Shown here: positions 12,220-25,440 of the stretch, piece by piece
Numbering within the stretch: the stretch's first letter is position 1
Layout of the letters: the number at the start of each line of letters is the position of its first letter
Source of the DNA: Vicugna vicugna
Taxonomy: Eukaryota
Assembly (NCBI GenBank): GCA_013265495.1
Contig: MU058153.1
Coordinates: 1,428,001-1,492,000 of the forward strand
Length of the DNA: 64,000 nucleotides
Direction of reading: 5' to 3'
Position numbers and translations under genes: made by a program
The notes under the pieces: generated by a model
Seen by the model: the letters and a program-made list of their open reading frames with translations, nothing else
What the model was told of the DNA's origin: nothing
Database searches by the model: none

Positions 12220-12420
12220 TGGAAAGAACATGGATATTATAACCAAAGCAATTTCCAGTTAAATCCTGTCTCCATTATTTACAAATTACATTCCATTGAG
12301 CAAGGTATGAAGCCTTTCTTAGTTTTTTTTCATCTTTGGATGAGGTTAATTCACTTGACTTATAGACTTGTTGCAAGGATTTCTTAAGATACCTAAGCAT
12401 AGGATTCAGTAAATGACATT
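12220..12420 (+). mobile_element. MIR SINE (degenerate)
   Basis: ttgagcaagg...cttagttttttcatct...cttatagacttgttgcaaggatt. Confidence 0.6.
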
Positions 12421-13596
12421 TCCTTCTTTTCCTCGTCATAGAACTTTGAGCAATATTATATTCAGTATAATAACACGATAAACATGCCAAAGAATTCAGA
12501 TGGTGCCTTGAGAACTGTTGGAATAGGACTTGACTGTAACGGTTTCTTTTGTTTATTTTTAAATTTATTTATCTATGTATGTATATATGTGTGTGTTTAT
12601 ATATTTATTTTACTAAGACACATTGGAAAGTATGCTCCACATTTTTACTGAGATATCATGTTCCCTATTCTAAAAATGTAGCAATGGACTATCTGTATAT
12701 GTTTAAAATCTGTCAAATTCTTCCTTCTCATCCTGCAAACAAACAAATTGTGTTTAGATTTGCCATTGCCCCCGCAGCAACTCAAATCACCAGGAACTGA
12801 GCAGACTCCTAGCAGGAGGATTTTAATGGTTTATTTATGTATGCATATAATCCTGCCATCGAATGCAGACCACATACTTGTCTGCCTGAGCTGAATTTCA
12901 TTGATTATTTTGTTTTCTTCCTTGCTTCTCACTCGTCTGTTCAGATTTTAATTCCTGACAATGCATTAGTGCCAAATGGCACTGTTAGTGCTGTTAGGAG
13001 TTGAGTTTTGCTGAAATATTCAATACCTGCTGTGTCTATCCTCCAGAAAAGAGAACAATCCAATCTTCTTCATTGGTTGTGACTTTAGTTGAAGTGTGGT
13101 TTTTGATTTGGGACACTTTGAGGTTGCAAAAGGAGTTAACGGACTATTTAGACTGTGGAGGATTTAGAAAGCAGGACAAAATTGAAGCCCTCTTTTTAAT
13201 GTCTAAATCTGTGACGTTCACTTTGAAAAATAACTTTCCCAACGTTATGTGTACTCTCAAAGCATATTTAAATTACTTCAACAGCTGCAATAATAAAATG
13301 ACACTGGAAAGCGTGAACATGAAATACATGAGGCAAAGTAAAAGGGCAAAGTAATGAGATCAATCATGCCAAGAGGATAATGAAAGACAGACCTACAGAG
13401 CCGACTCAGGGAAAAAAACATGGGAGAAGATATTTATAGCACAATGGCAGAGATGGTGATGGAGTTTTGCACAGACTGCTATGGCGAAATGGAAGGAAGC
13501 AACATTAATGGTGCTAGAAATGGGAGGGGGGTGAGAAAAGAAGCGAAGGCTTCATTTAAATCTATGTTGCCTTCAAAACAGCAGATTCCTTCGTTG

Positions 13597-14184
13597 TTCC
13601 CGGAACCAAAAAATACTTGGACTGCCCTTTTAAATGTGTGGCATGAGACCCTGACCTTCAGCTGTTTAATTCAGCATTGTAAAGCGATGCTAGACAATGT
13701 GTTTCTCTGTTTCCCTGAAGTAGCCTATTCATCATGCCGTGTATGTGGGAATGGATGGTCTGTGTATGCTTCAGATCTGTGACTTGCCTAAGAGGTGGGC
13801 AGACAGGGGCAGCGAGAGGTCTGGAAGAAGATGTGGAAAGTGCCCCTAGCACCTCCCCTGGACTGGATAGGGGATGAGAGCAGGCTCTGAAATGGCAAGC
13901 ACAATTTATCCTGAAGATAAAGATTCCTCTTCTTGGCAGCTCTGTCCTGGGTGAGGGGTTGGGAGGAGAGGAAGAAGCGTGGCATGGGAATTCCCACCCA
14001 AATCAGGTTGCAGACTTCGCTCTTCAGGGAGAGCCTACATGCATTCATCAGTGCAGGAAAAAAAAATTTTTTTTTCGTCCAAAGAATGCAAGTCCTTTGT
14101 ATCGAACAATCAAGTAATTCTTTTTTTGGCCCATATTTTTCTCACTGCACTGTGTTTTATGCGGTGATGAAGGTGAGTGAGTCA
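13597..14184. promoter_or_regulatory. Enhancer-like STAT / NF-kB / AP-1 cluster
   Basis: GAS TTCCCGGAA (13597-13605), palindromic kB GGGAATTCCC (13986-13995), AP-1 TGAGTCA (14178-14184), all in unique sequence. Confidence 0.45.
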
Positions 14185-14899
14185 AAACTACAAGTATCAA
14201 AGAATCTAAAGTGATTCACCAAATTAACTTCAAAACCAGTATCTTTTTTTAAATCATGATTTTGAATTGAGAATAGCATCAAAAATTGAGGAGTACGATG
14301 GAGGGGAAATTTTCTAACTATAAGGGATGTTAAAGTGTTGGCAACTGACACGCTTGGAGTAAATGAACTCTGCCTTGTCAGTCTCCGTGCACTGGAGGCA
14401 GCGTTCTCTCCTGGAAAGGAAAGAACATGGCCTTTGGAAGCACACGGTGTTCTCTGTGTTCAGATGGTGGCTCTTCCATTAAGTTTAATGAGAGCTTACT
14501 ATGGGCCAAGCACAGGTGTAAGTTTTTTACACATGGGTGTTTAGTAGGAAATAGACCCAGCTTTTACAACACAGAGATCAAAAGTCCAATGGGTGGAGCA
14601 AGATCTAGATTTTACTTTTCTCTCACATTAACAACACAGGGGATAAAGTAGGCAGTGGTAGTGAACGTCTCCTCCACAGCATCCTCTGGGGACCCAGGTC
14701 CCTTCTCCGTGCTGTCTGGTTCCATCTTCCTCTGTGTGGTGTTGGCTCTCCAAAGCCAGGCTCCCGTATCAGACCGTAGAGCAGCTTCATTTACAGATGT
14801 GATCCTCAAGTTGCATCATTTGTACTCACATTGCATCATCCAGAACTTGGTCACATGACCAGCCTTCACCGCAATGGAGGATGGGGATTCTAGACTCTG

Positions 14900-15025
14900 G
14901 CTGCATAGCTATGAATTTTGCTATGATGTAAGGGTGCACCATATTGTGTGATTCCCAGGATTGCCATTCCTGTAGGTTATAATATGAATGGGGACCCTGA
15001 AATCGGGCCACAGGACAGCCCTGTT
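14900..15025. mobile_element. MER91-like hAT MITE
   Basis: Internal inverted structure ccaggattgccattc ... gaatggggaccctg, ending acagccctg. Confidence 0.45.
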
Positions 15026-16249
15026 TGGGAGGTACTGAAAGGAAGAAGGGAAAGATGGATATGGGAAGACAATGAGCAGTGTCTGTCATGACGTATTAAT
15101 TCCTTAACCCTCAAAATGACCTACCAATTTTATTTTCATCTTTACACGCAACTCAGTCACAAAACGTGTTTAAAATCGCGGGTCCCATAGCCATAGCGTT
15201 GTGAAATACAGACAAGCTCGCACAGAAATTGTGTTCTTCCTCGCTACTCTGATTTCCCCTCTGCCTGAGAAATTATATTGTAGCTACTAGTTTAGTAATT
15301 AGGTGCACTTAATACATCAATGTTATTAAGATCCTACTATATTCAGGGAGTTGTGTATTGTAGAGGTTTTTGTGTGTGTGTCTTTTTTTTTCCCAATGAG
15401 GAAATGGGGTGGCTAGGTTTATTGAGCATATATTGGAGATTTCAAACTTGGGCCAAAAAAATGCCCTTTGTTCAACTTCATCACTGCGTGAGATTTTCGT
15501 TTCTAGTGTTACGTGGTGATGGTTTCTGTCTTAAAGGTGTGTTTTTTTATAATTGAACCTGACTATTGGTGTCATACCCTTTCCATATCTCATAACTTTA
15601 AAAACTCACTTTTATCACCCAGATTTATAATCTTTTCAGTCAGGCAAGATGAAAGCGGTTTCTTTATTCTTCCAATAAACACTATATTTGCTACCCCACT
15701 GAAGAATGCCCTACACTGCCTTCTCCTCAGCACTGGAAAATATATCAACCACAGCAAACGGTCTTCTCTTCTAATCAAACATCACCCCAGTCTACATATT
15801 TTGGGGGAACTGTATTATGGACGAGAGAAAACCCCTAGTTAACTTGAATTTGTTCTTCTCTTTTACCAGTAACAGTCAGTGTTCCTTTTTTTCTTTGTAA
15901 ATTTACAATATAATATTTTAAAAATAACTGTTTCCTTTATATATTTTGGTAACCATTTTGTATGCATTTTACATTTGTTTCTCGTTATCTTTTGGAAAGA
16001 GGCAGAATTAATTTTTTAAAATACTTAGGTGTGGAGAGAAGGAAGGAGATGACAGCCTGGGGTTGCTTATTAATGAATTTGTGCCTTATTCTTATGTGTT
16101 ATTTTCAGACGAGAATTTGGTCAAGTGATGGTCTTCGATGCCCCTTCTGTCATCTCTCATGAGAGCTCCCCGGACAAGCATTTATTTTATTTCTGTAGTT
16201 CTCTCACATGGAGAAGGGAGCACTTTGAGGGATGGCTATTTATTGCAGG

Positions 16250-16470
16250 CTGAGATGCAGACTGCTTCCTTACATTCTGACTCTAATACTCAACTTGCAA
16301 GCTCTGAGACCTTGGGCAAATCGCTGTACTTTCTGTGTCTTCATTGCCTCATTGGCAAAATATGAATAACAACAGGATGAAACTCGGAATTATTATGAGG
16401 ATTAAATAAGTCAATAGATGTAACAGTGCCTGGTACATGGTAAGCAACTGATACAGTTAAGTTATTCATC
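16250..16470 (+). mobile_element. MIR SINE
   Basis: gaccttgggcaaatcgctgtactttctgtgtcttcattgcctcatt...atgaggattaaataag...acagtgcctggtacatggtaagc. Confidence 0.8.
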
Positions 16471-17469
16471 ATCATTTGCTTCATTGTCATCTTTATGTGG
16501 ACTCGGTTAATAATCACAGTGATTCCTTACACTGATGCATGGGTTGCTAGATGTATTGGTTTGTTGACATTCAGAAGTTCAAGTGCAGCAAGTGAACTCT
16601 TCCTCCCTGGTTTATGCTTCATTCATTTCAGTGTGAGATGGACAGAAGAATTTTAGGTAAAGGATAGTTTGAAGAAGCCGAGGTTTTCCAGTCTTCCTTT
16701 TTAGAACAGATTTAGGTTAGAGTCGAATGTAATTGTAGGCTTAATAAAAGATATAAGTTTAAACACTCATGATAGAAGGAAAAAGGTGCTGAGATTGGTG
16801 TTATTTTCCATATTTGCTCGGTGACTTAACTGGTCACAAAATATGACTGAACGTTTTCTCTGTAAGTAGTTTTTGCTAGAGCCTGCAAATGATACAAGAA
16901 TATAGGCATTGCTCCCAGGGATCTTAAATTCCAGTTGGTGAAGAAAGGCTAACATGTATGAAATAAATTATATACATATATATATTAGTGCAGTCAACCT
17001 ATAGACATTATGGGATGGATGGTTCAGATAATTACCTTTCTCCAAATGTATATTGAGAAAATTGAGAAACCAAAACAAGTTGAAAGAATCAAAGAGTTTA
17101 GGCAGAAATTTTTTTTCCAAGGTGGATTTTGTATTTCCAAAACTCCCAGCAAGTTCACACAAATATCAGAGCATTCAGATTGGGTCCAAATCCAAACTTC
17201 AGGTCCAGAAGGTTGGATGTGTCACTGTGAAATATCCCCTCACTATAATTGCAGGGATGAAAGATTTGCACAGAGACCATGAGCATGATATAAAGGAATC
17301 TTAATGCCCAGTTTTGCTGTTTTTAGGAGACAGGCACATTGCTGTAATATTTAACCATACAGAGTAGCTCACGTTGTAATTCCAGGATTCTTGAAGGGCT
17401 AATTCTATTACAGAACATACACTCTGTTGATATTTCACCCACAGCCCAGTGTAGCACTTAATAATAAGC

Positions 17470-18960
17470 ATATCTACTGGCTTTTAAAAAGTAAAGAAAT
17501 GTATTTTCACGTAGAACACAAAGTCAGGGGAAGAATGGTTCTGGTTTCTCTCACTGGTTCAACAGCAGCCAAACATCCTTCCATCATTTTGCTCCATGGT
17601 TGCCGGCTTGACACCTTTGTCTTTAGTCAAACGCCCCCTGTGGTCACAAGGGGTTACAACAGTGCTGGGCATCATACCCAGGCATGATGTTGGCCAGGAC
17701 CCGTTTATCTTTCTTGAGTCTTTAAATTTTTTTTTTTTTGAACTGTAGTCAGTTTATGATTTTGTGTCAATTTCTGGTGTGCAGCACATTGCTTCAGTCA
17801 TACATGAATATACATATATTCATTTTCATATTCTTTTTCACCATAAGCTACTACAAGATATCGAATATAGTCCCCTGTGCTATACAGTATAAACTTGTTT
17901 ATCTACTTTATATATACCAGTCAGTATCTGCAAATCTTAAACTCCAGTTTATCCCTTTCTATGCCTTTCCCCTCCTGGGTAACATAAGGTTGTTTTCTAT
18001 GTTTGTGTGTCTGTTTTGGATTTATAAATAACTTTGTCTTTTTTTTTTGGTCCACATATGAGTGACATCCTATGGTATTTTTCTTTCTGTTTCTGGCTTA
18101 TTTCACTTAGAATGACATTCTCCAGGAACATCCATGTTGCTGCAAATGGCATTATTTTATTTTTTATGGCTGAGTAGTATTCCATTGTATAAATATACCA
18201 CAACTTCTTTATGCAGTCATCTGTCAATGGACGTTGAAGTTGTTTCCATGTCTTGGCTATTGTAAATAGTGCTTCTATTAACATTGGGGTACAGGTGTCT
18301 TTTTGAATTAAGGTTCCCTCTGGATATATGCCCAAGAGTGGGATTGCTGGATCATATGGTGTTTATTTTTAGTCTTTTGAGGAATCTCCATACTGTTTTC
18401 CACAATGGCTGCACCAAAATATATTCCCACCAACAGTGTAGGAGGGTTCCCTCTTCTCCACAGCCTCTCCAGCATTTATTGTTTGTGGACTTTTGAATAA
18501 TGGCCATTCTGACTGATGTGAAGTGATACCTCATTGCAGTTTTGATTTGCATTTGTCTGATAATTAGCGACACAGCATTTTTTCTTGTGCCCATTGGCCA
18601 TTCATACGTCTTCACTGGAGAACTAACTGCTTGTTTAGATCTTCTGCCCATTTCTGGATCAGGTTATTTGTTTGCTTCTTATTAAGTTGTACGAGCTGTG
18701 TGTATATTCTGGAAATCAAGCCGTTGTCAGTTCTTGAGTCTCTTAAAAGTAAGGAAAACTTTCCCAGAGATCTTCACTGAGCCTAACTTTATGTTTCACT
18801 GGCTAGCGTTGTGTGCCCAGACCCATCACTAGCAAAGGAAACAGGGCAACCATGATTGTCTCAGATGAGTCAGGACCACTCTTTGGAGAGCTGCATTGGG
18901 GAGGGTGGATAACTGAATAAAACTGGGGTTTACTTAGGAACTAGAAAGAATGGAGATAAG
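17470..18960 (-). mobile_element. Old MaLR LTR (MLT1K/L-like) split by an L1 insertion
   Basis: Left part ...tggtcacaagggg...ggcatcatacccaggcatga; right part aggaaaactttcccaga...ccatcactagcaaagga...ccatgattg. Confidence 0.55.
17724..18730 (-). mobile_element. 5'-truncated LINE-1 (ORF2 C-terminus, 3'UTR and poly-A)
   Basis: ORFs 18352-18651 and 17997-18335 encode the L1 ORF2 C-terminus ([37 protein letters not shown]). Poly-T at left. TSD ttcttgagtct(c)tt at 17711 and 18731 with a TT|AAGA-type endonuclease site. Confidence 0.95.
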
Positions 18961-19032
18961 GATACATGTTTTTAGACATCAACCGTTTCTTATATTCAGC
19001 ACACAGTAGAATAATCTTATGTTCTTATACTT

Positions 19033-19063
19033 AAGGAAGGAAGGAAGGAAAGAAGGAAGGAAG
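19033..19063. repeat. (GGAA)n microsatellite
   Basis: aaggaaggaaggaaggaaagaaggaaggaag. Confidence 0.9.
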
Positions 19064-19974
19064 GGAACAAACATTCGCATAATGTGTTTAGTTTAGTCTT
19101 CACTACTCAGCCGACAGAAATCTGATCTGTTTCTGTCCGTTCCAGGTAGAGCACAATAAACATCTTCGGGCCGAGCATTAGAATCACATTGTCGGAAACT
19201 GATTAGACTTGGGTGACCGCTGCTTCTTTCTTGGCGAGGGGTCAACTCATTGCTGTAATGTATTAAATAGCCCTTCAAAATAGAAGAGCCGAAAAACAAT
19301 GTCCTTTGGAACCAACACTCTCAAACAGTATCCAAATTAATGGAAAGTGCCTGCGCTAACGAAATAACACATCAGGGCTTTGGCAGGAGGTGATTGGCAG
19401 AAACACCCGATGGCTTGATACATCTGCCTCCTGAAGACATAAATGAATTCTTCCTTGTAAGAGAGAATGGATAACTGTGGCTGAAGCTAAAGCAGTGGTT
19501 TAAAGAAAATGACTTCCTGCCTTCTGCCGGAGTACCTGCGAGCACATTTCTCAGCCTGATGCTTTTGTGCCTACTAAATTAAGATCCTGGCTGTAAAGAT
19601 AAGAAAGATTTCTCCCTCTGTAGTCATGAATACTACACCGTTTAGTATTCAGTAAGAGAAGATATGATGAAGGGTTATTGTATCTGCTTTCATGATTTGT
19701 AAGGATTCAGGAGCAATGGTTGTGGAGTTAATTGATGGGTTGATTTATACATATCTCTCTTTGTTCATTAAACTGATACATTCATACTTTCATGTAGTTA
19801 CTTAGGAGTAGCCACTGTTTTTCACAGTGTTGTGCTGGGTTCATCGAGGTTTGCAGACGCCAAGGTCCTAGGTCTGGGGCACGTGTAGGGTAGTGAAGGA
19901 AGTGCTCTCTACTAGGATCACCTCGCCGTAATTCCTTCCCAATACTCCTCACAATCCTGTAGGACTTTTATTAC

Positions 19975-20544
19975 TGCCACTAAACAAAAGTTCGTGTACC
20001 CGACGCACAGTGAGGCCAAGTAAACTGAAACATCGGGAGTTTGGAGCAGAGAAAAGTTTATTGCAGGGTCAAAGCAAAAAGAACTGGAGGCTCATGCTTC
20101 AAAAGTCTGAACTCCCTGATGGTTTCCAGGGAAAAGGTTTTATAGGCAAAATGCAGGTTGTGTGACTTTCTTCTGATTGGTTGGTGGTGAGGTAACTGGG
20201 TGTTCCAGGAATCTTGTGCTCAGCCTGAAGTTACCATCCTCCACTTGGGTAGCGGCCTTAGTTCCCACAGAAGAGCTCAAAGATATTGTTATGTGTATCC
20301 CTTGAGGAGGACCCAGGACCCAGCTTGAATCACTGCACTATTGTTTCTTGACTGCTCCTTCGTTGTCTCTGCCCTCCCTTCTTCCCCCGATTAGCAACTG
20401 TTTGAATCTTTGGATTCAGGGAACTTTGGAACTCAGGGAAGGTCAAGGAGGCTGAATGAAGAGTGTTCTCTGCAAACAAGAAATGAGGGACATGGGAAGG
20501 GTATCTGTACCAAGGAGGACCCCACAGAGTCCTACTCTGTTTCA
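19975..20544 (-). mobile_element. ERV1-class solo LTR, family A copy 1
   Basis: TG...CA ends; 4-bp TSD TTAC (19971-74 / 20545-48); reverse poly-A signal, TATA and CCAAT; homologous to 61571-62205. Confidence 0.92.
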
Positions 20545-21629
20545 TTACTACCTCCAGTTCCAGGCACAGAAAGTAGAGGCTTAGACATGTTCAATGTGAC
20601 TCCTTGTTGGTAGTAATCTTGGCTTTGAATCCAGGATTCTGTTATTCCAAAGCTGGAATCTTTCTTCCCTAATCAAATTGTTTTCTAACTTACTCATAAA
20701 TTAACCCTGATCTCTAGAAATCTAGAAGCTTTACTGATAATTCTCAATTGTTAGTTCCTGGATCTAGCTCCCCAGAATTTGTGAGTGGGTCCAAGCCAAT
20801 CCAACATATCCAAAAGTACTATACATCTTAAAACTGAAGTAAACAGTGGTAATACTTTAAAGCTATGTATTCAAGAATATTAAACTTATGCTTAAGCAAT
20901 GAATAAAAGGACCCTAAGAGAGAGAGCCTTTGAGCTTTTATTGATTTTTTTCTAGAAGAAAAATGTATGAGTTTGGTGATATAATATCTAATTTGTCTAC
21001 TAAGGACATTTTGGCTTCCCTCTAAAGACTTAGCCATCTCTCATATAAGTGAAGTTGACAGACAGATGGCCTTGGTATAAATGAGATTTTACCAAAATAT
21101 TTTGCACGTGTGTGGCCAGTGATTCTTCACTGACTGCTTTCCAGTCCAAGGCTAGAACAGCTCAGTGATCAGCATGAGGCAGATTCCACTCTTTCCACTG
21201 TGTGTGAGGAGACTGAGGTTCAGAGTGACCAAGTGGTCCGCACAAAGCCACACAACTCAATAACAGACGCACTGAGTTTTCCTCCCCTTGGCTTAAACAC
21301 TCTGTGGGTGAGCCACTCTTGGGCTAAACAAATTACTTTGCATGGTTTTTTAAAAACTTAGCTCTCTTAGAGATTATAGATAATGTCTAGGTGGTTTTCG
21401 TATATCTAGAGCATCATCAAGACAGATCTAGCAGAGAATTGAATATTTATCACCTTTGCTTTGTTGACACCTCGGAGTAATAGCTAGACTTATCATGAAA
21501 ATTTCAGGAAATTTCCAGTGTTTCTCCCCCCTGTCAGACTTGCTCCCTAGTTGAGATTTTGCACTTGCTGTGGCTGCCTGCAGTGTTCTAGAACAGAGAG
21601 CTTCATGGCGCAGCACAGACTGCCCCAGA

Positions 21630-21890
21630 GCTGAGCTCAGAAGTCACCTAATTAGAGAGATCCTGCTTGACCACTAATGTAAAAGTCCCACCCTCTCTTC
21701 ATGCTCCATCCCCTTCTCCCTTGCTTCCTTTTGTCGTAAGTGTTTGTCATCTTAGATGCAATAGAGTTTACTCATTTTTTTCAAGGTAAACTTTAAGAGG
21801 CAAGGGGTTTTGTTTGTTGTATGCCCAGGGGCAGTTCCTAGAAGAACACATGTGGTAGGCATCCAGTGAATATTGTGGAAGAGTTAAGGA
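21630..21890 (+). mobile_element. L2 3' end
   Basis: aaactttaagaggcaagggg...gcagttcctagaagaacacatgtggtaggcatccagtgaatattg. Confidence 0.6.
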
Positions 21891-22413
21891 AAAGTGCATC
21901 CACGTGCACACGTGCACATGCACACATATAGTTTAAGAAATCATATGGCATGTTTCGTGCTTAGAAAGATGGAAAGTAGTATAGGAAAATCTAAAAATTA
22001 TATTTCACAATAGCAAGAACATGAGGACACATAGAACTGTGAGGTCATTTCTTCATTCTTCTGGACAAGAGGAGTTGTTGATTCTTGCTCACAGGGCATC
22101 TCCAGAGAAATATGGAAGTGAGTGGCAAATGGCTCAAAACTTCCTGCCCATCCTTTCCGTCCTGTTCACTCCCAGTGCATGGCCTCACATGTGCTTCATT
22201 CAGACTTTCTGGGCTCTTGTGCTCTTTTCCCTAACATCCATCAAAAGCTATTTTCAAATACTCATTTTGACTAAAGTGTAAACAACTATCCTCATTGTGT
22301 TTCACTGACAGATGACAGATCTTTTGAGTAGAAGTTAGAATGAAAAGATGAATTTTTTTCTTGACAGTGTGAGGCTTTGGCCGTTTGGGGACTAGCAACA
22401 TAGGCGCTTGTAT

Positions 22414-23052
22414 TGATACAGGAAAAAATGGGGGGTGCAAGAGGATGGCCATGTCTCAAGTCCCGGTCAAGTCCCTGGGCTATGAGGGTCCTTGGCTTCA
22501 TATAGGAAAGAACTCAACAGCGAGCCGTAGTTGAGTAAAGTAGATTTATTCAGAGAGGTGTACACTCCATATACCAAATGTAGGCCGTCTCAGAAGGCCA
22601 GAGAGGCCATGAGGTTGGGGGCTGTGGTTGAAGTAACAGTAGATACACACTCCATAGACAGAGTGTAGGCCATCTCGGAAGGTGAGGGAGGGAGAGGCCA
22701 TAGGGTGCAGTGTTGCTGGTTTTTATGAGCTCAGTTATTTCACATGCTAACAAGTGGGAGGATTATTCCAACTACTTTGGGGAAAGGGTGGAGAGTCCCA
22801 AGAACTGAGCCACCGCCCACTTTCTGACCTTTTATGGTCAGCCTCGGAACTGTCTCGGCACCTGTGAGAGTGCCGTATAGCAGCTGATACATTACAGTGA
22901 GCCTGTAATGAAGCCCCAGTTCTCCTGGATGTCACGTCTCCCACCATCTTGAGCCTCAAGGTCCATTGGGAGCTGATTTTTCTGCCATCTTGGTGCTAAC
23001 TGCTGTGTCATTCTTTTAATGGCTGTGCCCTGCCCCCTTCCTTCCTGTCTCA
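22414..23052 (-). mobile_element. ERV1-class solo LTR, family B copy 1
   Basis: tgatacagga...cctgtctca ends; flanks GTAT/GCAT (4-bp TSD with 1 mismatch); homologous to 60465-61087. Confidence 0.9.
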
Positions 23053-23389
23053 GCATCTGAGAATACAACCAAGAACGAAGCCACCTGTGAAACAGAGAAG
23101 ATCAGAAAAGATGGGGACCTGACATTCGGCTTGCTCACCGGACTGCTGTTTTTCTCTGTCTGTCTTAAAAATACGGTCCAGAAAATTTGAACTCGTCCAA
23201 CAGTTTGATAATCGGCTTTGAGGATTAACATGTGAGGGAAAGGGCATGACTTACTACTATAAAAAGTTCTAGGGTGGGAGTAAACTCATTATCATGTAAG
23301 GCATCACTTTCCTTATTTAGGACAAACCATGTCCACCCTGATCCTTTGAAGAGAAGTCAGAACAGGCCAACAGGGGCCATCACTTACGT

Positions 23390-23560
23390 TCGTAATCTTA
23401 TTTAATCATCGTGAGTATATTTGGAGATGGTTACTGTTACTCTTATTGTACAGATAACTGAGCTTTACAGAGATTAAGTAATGTCTTATTTTCCGCAGGT
23501 AGAAAGCATCATATCTGGGATGCAAAATAAGATTTATCTGATTCAGCACCAGCTCTGTAT
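23390..23560 (-). mobile_element. MIR SINE
   Basis: aatcttatttaatc...ttgtacagataactgagctttacagagattaagtaatg. Confidence 0.65.
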
Positions 23561-24562
23561 CCCCACCTGCTTCTTTGTTTGGTATTCAGCCAAAAACACC
23601 AAGTAAGCAAGCAAACAAACAGTGGGTTAGGAATGTCTCCTTGCCAGCCCAGGCAAGGAATTGTGCTCTCATGTACCTCTGTTTTCTGATAATACCATCA
23701 CAAAGCCAAATGTATTGCAGAGACTTAAAAGGGTTGACAACTCTTTTTGAGCTTCCTAGTCCAGAAGTAGCCTTGGATATTTGAACATAAACACGTAGCT
23801 TGAGAAATTAGGTGAATGGTAACTTGGAATTTTGGCACGGAATGCTTCTGCAACCAAAACGAAGGTATTTAGGATTTGTATATAAACACCAAGTAGCATT
23901 TTACGTACCTGAGGATTAGGTGAAATTTCTTCTGATTCAAAATTCTTTTCTCTCCAGGGTCAGGGACAACTCTAAACTTTTATCCAGCCATCATTAAAGT
24001 GTTTGGGCAAACACTTCATTTAGTAGCAGAGAGACACTTAAGGTCTAGGAAGATGAGTCTGAAGTCTCTGTTTCTCAAAAAGAAAGTATTGATGTTCTGT
24101 GCAGTGATACATCTATATAAAAGTGCTCCACTAAAACATTGTTTGTGTGAATAAACATAAAATATGCCATATCTTTTAATATATGGATGACAGAAAGTTT
24201 TGATTGCTTTACTTTCCTTAGTTATCTGCTGCAATCATTTAGGGGCTTTCCATTTCATATATTAAGATCATACGGACAAGTACAATGAATCCTGGGCACA
24301 CATTTATGAACTGGGCTGTTTTATCTTTGCCAGCCTGTGGATTTTAAACCATTCCCACTCCACACAGAAACCCTGAGTGAGAGCAAAATGTAGTAAAAAT
24401 GTTCAGAAAGAGCATTTTTACTTTTTGCCTCCTCCTGGAAACCTAAATCAATCCTTGACCTTGTCACACCCCAATCAGGATAAAATGGAGTCAGTCTGTA
24501 TCTATAGGTTTAATATCTATAGATCCATTATCAATACTGGAGCTATCTGTTCCCTGGGACAC

Positions 24563-24644
24563 TGTGTGTGTGTGTGTGTGTGTGCATGTGTGTGTGCGTG
24601 TGCGTGTGTGTGTGCATGTGTGTGTGTGCGCACGTGTGTGTACA
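24563..24644. repeat. (TG)n/(CG/CA) microsatellite, 82 bp uninterrupted purine-pyrimidine alternation
   Basis: Read directly from the sequence. Confidence 0.95.
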
Positions 24645-24899
24645 ATTGCTTCATCACTAGATTTGAATAATGTTTTGTGGTTTACACAATGCTTTAACCT
24701 ATAACATTGCACTTGAGTCTTCTGCTTTCACAAAATAGAGAGAGATAAGGATATATATAGGTATATAGAGATAATAGGTTGAATTTAAGTATAAATGATC
24801 CCTTGAAGCTCAGAGAAGCTGAGTTCAGGTTGCTGGTTAGAAGCTGGTTGGAACCAGATGCCAAACAAGCCTTGTAACCCTGAACACCGAAGGGGGCTT

Positions 24900-25440
24900 C
24901 CAAAATGCATCTACAAACAGGGGCCCCGACGAGCAGGTGGTCTCTGCTGACTCACAGCACACAATGCTGCAGTGAGAACATCGGGAAATGACTTATTTGT
25001 CGAAGCATCCTGAGAACTGAAATCTGTGTAAGGTGTGACATAAGTTCTTTTAAAGTCAAGTAACTTATTGGAGCTCAGGAATTTCTTTAAACTACAATCA
25101 AAGAAAAGGAGACCGGTTGGTGTAAAGCGAGGAGCTGAAAGTGGGGATTGTTTGTTTCTTACGTCAGGTATTCAGGCCCCTCAGCCTCTGAATTAAACTG
25201 TTCTATAAATACACGTTTCCTTGCAGTTCGGTTCCTTCAACTTTCTTTTCTGCGTGCCTTGCGGGGCGGGGGGCTGATGGCAGCCCAGGAGGCGAGGGAC
25301 TGAGGCGGTTTGAAAATGTCTCTGGTGCTAAGTTTGAGGGAGAAGGTGGCTGCTTTTGGGAGGAGGGTTGGTTGCAGAAGTGACTGCTGGGCACTCTGAG
25401 GGGCTTGCTGTCTGTATCAGAGAAGAACCGCAGGGTGAAT
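24900..25440 (+). promoter_or_regulatory. Promoter/enhancer-like motif cluster
   Basis: MARE/ARE TGCTGACTCA (24945-54), TTACGTCA (25159-66), TATAAATA (25204-11), GC box (25263-71); locally higher GC and CpG. Confidence 0.4.

Noticed and set aside
14170..14180. Strong donor-like AAG|GTGAGT
   Set aside because: No credible upstream acceptor or start; it overlaps an AP-1 site, so it is better explained as enhancer sequence or chance.
17628..17646. CTCF-like motif (also about 37520, 45160 and 45975)
   Set aside because: Each has an indel or at least two mismatches in the core; unsupportable without a PWM scan.
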